The notes under the pieces are model-generated. The model made no database searches. It saw nothing but the letters and a program-made list of their open reading frames with translations, and was not told where the DNA came from. A DNA stretch of 32,311 bases from a virus. Taxonomy: Duplodnaviria > Caudoviricetes. A program made the translations under genes and the position numbers. The stretch is taken from IMG/VR virus record IMGVR_UViG_3300032260_000014, positions 1 to 32,311 of that record, one strand, 5' to 3'. Positions 27,873-32,311 of the stretch are shown here, in pieces; within the stretch, counting starts at the first letter, position 1, and each line of letters starts with the position of its first letter.

Positions 27873-28199
27873 ATGATAACAATAAATGGAAAAACTTACA
27901 AAGGGAACAATTTAACAATTTCAAATAATGAAGTTTATATAGATGGCAAAAAAGCAGACCAACAAGATGATGCAAAAACTATAAATATCAATATTGAGGG
28001 CAATATTGAAGCTGTTAATGTTGATTATTGTGACAAGATAGAAGTAGTCGGTGAATGTGGACTTGTATCATCTAAGAATGGCAACATACAAATAAAGGGT
28101 AATGTTAGTGGAGACGTAACTAATAAGAACGGCAATATTATATGTAGAAATGTTGGTGGTGATGCTGAAACTAAAAATGGTGATGTAATTCATTCATAA
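27873..28199 (+). CDS. Beta-solenoid repeat protein
   Basis: Repeated KNGNI/GNV/GDV units. Confidence 0.65.
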   Translation: MITINGKTYKGNNLTISNNEVYIDGKKADQQDDAKTININIEGNIEAVNVDYCDKIEVVGECGLVSSKNGNIQIKGNVSGDVTNKNGNIICRNVGGDAETKNGDVIHS

Positions 28200-28245
28200 T
28201 CAAATAGAATTTTTAAAATTAAAATTTTTTATTAATTTAGTCGCA

Positions 28246-28330
28246 CTTCTAGGAGGACAGGGTCTGATCACCTTTTGTCTTGGCTCTCACACAAGCAATT
28301 ACTCCTAAAGGTTTTAATCGGTGAGAGTAA
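28246..28330 (+). ncRNA. Structured leader RNA element, copy 2
   Basis: CTTCTAGGAG (28246-28255) pairs with CTCCTAAAGG (28302-28311). An AGGGT/ACCTT hairpin follows. TTG(T)CTTG pairs with CAAGCAA, and its loop segment CTCTCAC (28284-28290) is complementary to GTGAGAG (28321-28327). Confidence 0.7.
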
Positions 28331-28344
28331 TTAAAACAACTACA

Positions 28345-28833
28345 ATGAACAAAGAAAAAAAAGAAGGCATATCTAATAGAGGAAACAGAAAAAACCCTTC
28401 AAATAAAGCTAAAATTATGAAATACAGTGAAGGTAAGGGTCTTGATAATTATAGATTTAATTATAATATCAGTATCAATCAATATGCTGTGTTGAAAAAT
28501 AATTGGGAATTAGATTATATAGATATCGCTGTTTTTTTATCTATCTATACTTTTATAAGTTCTGGCAAGGCTGATTCATATAGAATGATAGATGCTAATA
28601 GTATTTCATGGTATTTTGTTTCAGAAAATAAAATAATAAAAGATTTACCATTAATTCCAATAAACAGTTCTACTGCTATTACAAAAAGAATAACTAATTT
28701 ATGTAAATATAATTTGTTGGTTAGGAATCCAGATAATAGGGTAAATAGTAAAAAACATATTAGAATTGGAAGTGGAGCTAAAAAATATTTTTACAATTAT
28801 GGTAATAGTCAGGAAAGTCCTGATATCACTTAG
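28345..28833 (+). CDS. Winged-helix DNA-binding protein resembling the N-terminal domain of phage replication initiators
   Basis: YNISINQYAV...LDYIDIAVF...WYFVSENKIIKDLPLI...AITKRITNLCKYNLL matches my recollection of such domains. ATG 28345 is preferred over GTG 28321, which lies inside the RNA element. Confidence 0.55.
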   Translation: MNKEKKEGISNRGNRKNPSNKAKIMKYSEGKGLDNYRFNYNISINQYAVLKNNWELDYIDIAVFLSIYTFISSGKADSYRMIDANSISWYFVSENKIIKDLPLIPINSSTAITKRITNLCKYNLLVRNPDNRVNSKKHIRIGSGAKKYFYNYGNSQESPDIT

Positions 28834-28845
28834 TATCAAAAAACA

Positions 28846-28897
28846 TAGAATATTATAATATTCTAGTATTATTTTATTGTAAAATATTATAATATTT
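28846..28897. repeat. Two AT-rich perfect palindromes sharing a 14-bp core
   Basis: TAGAATATTATAATATTCTA (28846-28865) and AAATATTATAATATTT (28882-28897); the cores are 34 bp apart. Confidence 0.75.
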
Positions 28898-28911
28898 CTA
28901 AGTATATATAT

Positions 28912-28958
28912 TAGGCAAAAGGGCAAAATCAAAAAAGATTTCGCCTTCCTAGTTTTTT
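28912..28958 (+). terminator. Terminator-like hairpin
   Basis: AGGGCAAAATC pairs with GATTTCGCCTT (one mismatch), with outer TAGG/CCTA, followed by TTTTTT. Confidence 0.5.
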
Positions 28959-28979
28959 AAAAATTAAAATAGAGAGAAA

Positions 28980-29309
28980 ATGGAAGATCTTACATGGAAA
29001 GAAATGGATATACCAACTATAAATCATTGTACAAATTACTGTCCTAATTGTGGAAGGTATCTAACACCTGATTTATTAGATAAGGAAGCTGATGAAGAAA
29101 TGATGATAATCTACAACTGTAAATGTGGGTGTAGATTTCATGTTGATATGAATGACTATAATTGCGAAACTATAATTGTAATAAGAAGTGGAGTAAAAAT
29201 AGAACATAAAGGAGTTACGTTTAAATCTCTACTACAAAGATTATTTGGAAGAAACTACTTAGGTGGATTTTTATTGATAGGAATAATATTACTTATAATT
29301 TACTGCTAA
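28980..29309 (+). CDS. Zinc-ribbon protein with C-terminal transmembrane anchor
   Basis: CPNC...CKCGC and a hydrophobic C-terminus. Confidence 0.6.
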   Translation: MEDLTWKEMDIPTINHCTNYCPNCGRYLTPDLLDKEADEEMMIIYNCKCGCRFHVDMNDYNCETIIVIRSGVKIEHKGVTFKSLLQRLFGRNYLGGFLLIGIILLIIYC

Positions 29310-29321
29310 AACAAAATAACT

Positions 29322-29591
29322 ATGACATTACTAATTAAAGATACTCCTAAAGAGAAACTAGAAGCTATGATTAAAACTCATGGCTATAAAAAAATAGATA
29401 TAATTGCAGGGTTAGATAGTAGAGATAAAGATTTACACCTAGTAATTTCTATAAATGATATTCCTGAAATAATTATGAATTATATTATGGAAAATTACAA
29501 TATAATATTTTGTTCTAGTAATAGAATAGAATTTTATGAACACAAACCTATTGGAGTAGAAATATATTTTAATGAAGGAATGATATTATAA
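29322..29591 (+). CDS. Hypothetical protein
   Basis: 89-aa co-oriented ORF. Confidence 0.6.
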   Translation: MTLLIKDTPKEKLEAMIKTHGYKKIDIIAGLDSRDKDLHLVISINDIPEIIMNYIMENYNIIFCSSNRIEFYEHKPIGVEIYFNEGMIL

Positions 29592-29611
29592 CACTAAAAA
29601 CCAAATAAATC

Positions 29612-29725
29612 ATGAAAAAATTAATTAGAAAAATAATAACAGCATTTATCCTTATTATGATTGCACTAGTCATAATAAGTTTTTGGTACTATTGTTTTAA
29701 TATAGGAATAGAAGTTGACAATTAA
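29612..29725 (+). CDS. Small membrane peptide (37 aa, not in the ORF track)
   Basis: MKKLIRKIITAFILIMIALVIISFWYYCFNIGIEVDN, with an A-rich leader; it fills the gap. Confidence 0.5.
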   Translation: MKKLIRKIITAFILIMIALVIISFWYYCFNIGIEVDN

Positions 29726-29728
29726 ATT

Positions 29729-30127
29729 ATGGATATACTAAATAACACCCTTTTAAAAGACGACAAGATAAAGAAGAATGAAGTCGAGCAAGTTGTTAAA
29801 GAAAAGATGGAATATACCCTATTGGGGACGTATATCATCAAGAAAGGGCTTAAATTATTCTACTATAATCCTGTTGATGGATCTATTAATGAAGCTATAA
29901 TAAAAACAAGTGATTTATGTATTTGTGAATTAACTGAAGAAGGGTGGATTTATTATGATTCAGAATCAGACCAAACAACTATTGATGGTAGATGTATTTA
30001 CTTTCAAGCATTAAGAATGCAAAGTGCTATTGATAGAGTAGCTAAATTTAAGCAAGGTAAAATAAAAGAATTATTCAACCTTAAGAAACCTAATCCCGAT
30101 GGAATAGATTTCTTTAAACCATTATAA
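29729..30127 (+). CDS. Hypothetical protein
   Basis: 132-aa co-oriented ORF. Confidence 0.65.
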   Translation: MDILNNTLLKDDKIKKNEVEQVVKEKMEYTLLGTYIIKKGLKLFYYNPVDGSINEAIIKTSDLCICELTEEGWIYYDSESDQTTIDGRCIYFQALRMQSAIDRVAKFKQGKIKELFNLKKPNPDGIDFFKPL

Positions 30128-30128
30128 A

Positions 30129-30425
30129 ATGAAAAAACATCAAAATGTAAACTTGCTATTCTTTTTGAATGCAATAATTGGTAGTGTACTTGAATCCTTA
30201 ACTGGAGAATTTACACAAAGAGCAAAACAAAAATTTAGTATTCTTGTTAAGGGAACCAACCAACTAGAAAAAGAGCTTTTAAAGGGCTGTGATTACTTAG
30301 CCCAAGAAACTTATAGTAAGTCATCACTTGCGGTGGCAAGTGTCTTAAATGAGTTCATGGATGCCTACAATGAAGGTAATATGGATGAATTTATAGATTA
30401 TGTTAAACAATTTAAAAATAAATAA
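30129..30425 (+). CDS. Hypothetical protein
   Basis: 98-aa co-oriented ORF. Confidence 0.6.
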   Translation: MKKHQNVNLLFFLNAIIGSVLESLTGEFTQRAKQKFSILVKGTNQLEKELLKGCDYLAQETYSKSSLAVASVLNEFMDAYNEGNMDEFIDYVKQFKNK

Positions 30426-30684
30426 TTATGAATTTATTAGATATAATATATTTTGCAAAAAGAAAGGCAATACGTGATTGTGATTTTAACAATAAAAATA
30501 AATGAACAACAATAAATTTAAATTTTTTTCTTTCGTTATCTGATTTAAGAAATTTTAAATCACCTGAAACAGATGAAATGACAGAAAATTATGCAATTTT
30601 AACTATGAGCAATAGTGATGTGTACTGCATAAGAGAAGATCACTATAAGGATTTAATGAAGAGATTAATTAAAAAACAAAGGAA

Positions 30685-30846
30685 ATGGGAAGACTAATAA
30701 GTAAAGTAGAAGAGAATAAACCAATACCAAAGGTTTATTATTGTAAGAATTGTGGTGAAGAAATCACCAAGGCAGAATACGACCAAAACAGAGAATTGTG
30801 TAGTGGTTGTTTGAATGAGTTTTATAGTGATTTTGGTGGTAATTGA
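30685..30846 (+). CDS. Small C4 zinc-finger protein (53 aa, not in the ORF track)
   Basis: CKNC...CSGC; TGATG coupling to the RNase H gene. Confidence 0.6.
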   Translation: MGRLISKVEENKPIPKVYYCKNCGEEITKAEYDQNRELCSGCLNEFYSDFGGN

Positions 30847-31364
30847 TGGCTATTTCTATTTATACAGATGGATCGGCATTGGCTAAACGAGGACATAAGA
30901 GTCATATGCGAGGTGGTTGTGCAGTAGTTTTTTGCATAAATAATGAAATTAAAAAAACAATTTCAAAAGGTTATACTCTTACTAAAATCGGTAGAATGGA
31001 ACTTACAGCTATCTTAATTGCATTGAAGGTTTTAGCTAAAGATCAAAAAGCAACTATTTATTCAGATTCGATGTATTGCGTTAATTCGTTCAATAAGAGA
31101 TGGTTACAAAAATGGGAACATCAAAATTGGATTGATCTCTCAAAAGAAAAAGGTAAAAGATTAAATGCGGACATTTTAAAACAATTACTTGAAGAATATA
31201 GGAAATTCCCAAGAGGTGCAGTAAAATTTAAGCATATAAGGGGACATCAAGGAAATGAATTTAATGAAAAAGCTGATGAATTGGCTTCTTATCGTAATTT
31301 TGTAGAATTTGAGAAAGATCTTGTTTTAACTGATGAAGAGAAAAAAGTTGAAGGTATTTTGTAA
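30846..31364 (+). CDS. rnhA: Ribonuclease HI
   Basis: IYTDGS, RMELTA, YSDSMY and HIRGHQGNEFNEKADELA. Confidence 0.95.
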   Translation: MAISIYTDGSALAKRGHKSHMRGGCAVVFCINNEIKKTISKGYTLTKIGRMELTAILIALKVLAKDQKATIYSDSMYCVNSFNKRWLQKWEHQNWIDLSKEKGKRLNADILKQLLEEYRKFPRGAVKFKHIRGHQGNEFNEKADELASYRNFVEFEKDLVLTDEEKKVEGIL

Positions 31365-31414
31365 AAACAAGCTATTTTATTTATTTTTATACAAAATTCT
31401 AATCATTCTGTATT

Positions 31415-31609
31415 ATGAGTAAATCAACTATAGAAGATAAAATTAAGCTACAAAATTTAAAGCTTAACTATATAAAGATCAAAGGCAATAAATATAAAAA
31501 ATTTAGAATGAGTGACGAATTGAAATCCTATTACAAAAATCTTAATGATAGAGTTTGTAAATTATTGCAAAAAAGTATTGAAGATTTAAAAAGTCAACTA
31601 CCACTTTAA
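31415..31609 (+). CDS. Hypothetical protein
   Basis: 64-aa ORF, preceded by a weak TTTG-N20-TATTTTTA element (31358-31389). Confidence 0.5.
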   Translation: MSKSTIEDKIKLQNLKLNYIKIKGNKYKKFRMSDELKSYYKNLNDRVCKLLQKSIEDLKSQLPL

Positions 31610-31640
31610 AAGCGTAGAAAGTTTAACCAACCAAAACAAT

Positions 31641-32021
31641 ATGCCATTAGTGATAAAATTAGAAATATATGGGGAAACATATGAACCCTGCATAAGTAAT
31701 GAAAGATTAATTGCTATTATAAATGAAAATTTTCATCCATATGAAAAAATGGAGGTTGTAATGGGAGTTGCAACTAAATTAGAAGATAATGGAGAGAAAA
31801 TTACATTATCAACAAGTCTAATAGAAAGCCTTAATTTAGATCAATTAACTGATTTACAAGTTGTGAAACTAAAAAAAGTATTAAGGAAATTCGCAACAAA
31901 AGAAGCTAAAGAAAATATTCCTAAGAAGAAAAAAGATATTGGGTTTTTCTGGTGGGGAATGTTAGTTACTCTTGTAGGTATCGCCATAGGTGCTTTAATT
32001 ATTTACCTTTATTATAAATAA
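31641..32021 (+). CDS. Hypothetical protein with C-terminal transmembrane helix
   Basis: IGFFWWGMLVTLVGIAIGALIIYLYYK. Confidence 0.65.
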   Translation: MPLVIKLEIYGETYEPCISNERLIAIINENFHPYEKMEVVMGVATKLEDNGEKITLSTSLIESLNLDQLTDLQVVKLKKVLRKFATKEAKENIPKKKKDIGFFWWGMLVTLVGIAIGALIIYLYYK

Positions 32022-32023
32022 AT

Positions 32024-32311
32024 ATGTCTAAAAAAAATAAATTTTATATTCCATTGGTAGGGAAAACTGGCGGAACTACTCTTATAAATGCAGAGAAAAT
32101 ACCAGATATAAAAGAATTGATTCCTACTATTGAGGAAATGATGCTTAATTTAATATCTCAGAAACCAAAGATGGAGAAAGGTGCACCATATTCACCACTC
32201 ATGGTGAGAGTTTCAGAAGAAAAATTTGCAGACCTTGAAAAACAAATTAGACAAAAGAAAGCAGGGCATGTATTCGTAAAAAAAGCATTTGATATTATCA
32301 GTGATACAAAA
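32024..32311 (+). CDS. Hypothetical protein, 3'-truncated by the window edge
   Basis: ATG at 32024 (MSKKNKFYIPLVGKTGG...), open to the last base. Confidence 0.6.
   Translation, partial: MSKKNKFYIPLVGKTGGTTLINAEKIPDIKELIPTIEEMMLNLISQKPKMEKGAPYSPLMVRVSEEKFADLEKQIRQKKAGHVFVKKAFDIISDTK

Noticed and set aside
28321-28344. GTG start for the wHTH gene as given in the ORF track
   Set aside because: The GTG belongs to the GTGAG pairing segment conserved in both leaders. The ATG at 28345 matches the spacing seen in copy 1 and has an A-rich leader.
86-28932. Minus-strand ORFs in the track (e.g. 798-1196, 2726-3055, 8012-8377, 15579-15941, 26722-27054, 28699-28932) and nested + strand ORFs 482-664 and 15836-16024
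   Set aside because: They lie within or opposite well-supported + strand genes, have shadow-like Ser/Phe/Leu-rich composition and show no motifs.
28831-29022. Possible TAG stop-codon recoding: four in-frame TAGs and no TAA/TGA for about 60 codons after the wHTH gene
   Set aside because: All long conserved genes (dnaE, recA, sbcC, helicases) are intact under the standard code with no internal TAG. Other genes end in TAG right before the next start, and the extension is low-complexity.
1-32311. CRISPR array, integrase, transposase, rRNA or tRNA genes
   Set aside because: No regularly spaced repeats or diagnostic motifs were seen. The 33-bp repeat has only two copies, 1.4 kb apart.

Overview
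This is an AT-rich segment of a large tailed-phage (or prophage) genome, with all credible genes on the + strand. The host is probably in Bacteroidota: several TTTG-N19-TAnnTTTG promoters are present and start codons lack Shine-Dalgarno motifs. The window opens in the 3' part of the large terminase gene. A replication/recombination module follows: DnaB-like helicase, TOPRIM primase, DnaE-type polymerase with a LAGLIDADG intein, putative UvsY/SSB-like proteins, SbcD, RecA, SbcC, RuvC-like resolvase, SF1 helicase and RNase H. It also holds three solitary DNA methyltransferases, a ParB-like protein, two free-standing His-Me/HNH endonuclease genes, a signal-peptide GH108 muramidase and many small hypothetical genes. 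The main unexplained signal is a structured ~80-nt RNA element present in two diverged copies (1155-1240 and 28246-28330). It has compensatory base changes and a loop that pairs with a GTGAG segment just upstream of the next start codon. One copy leads an HNH nuclease carrying four tandem C2HC zinc fingers. The other leads a replication-initiator-like wHTH gene followed by AT-rich palindromes. No CRISPR array, tRNA or rRNA was seen. All calls come from reading motifs by eye; no database search was run.
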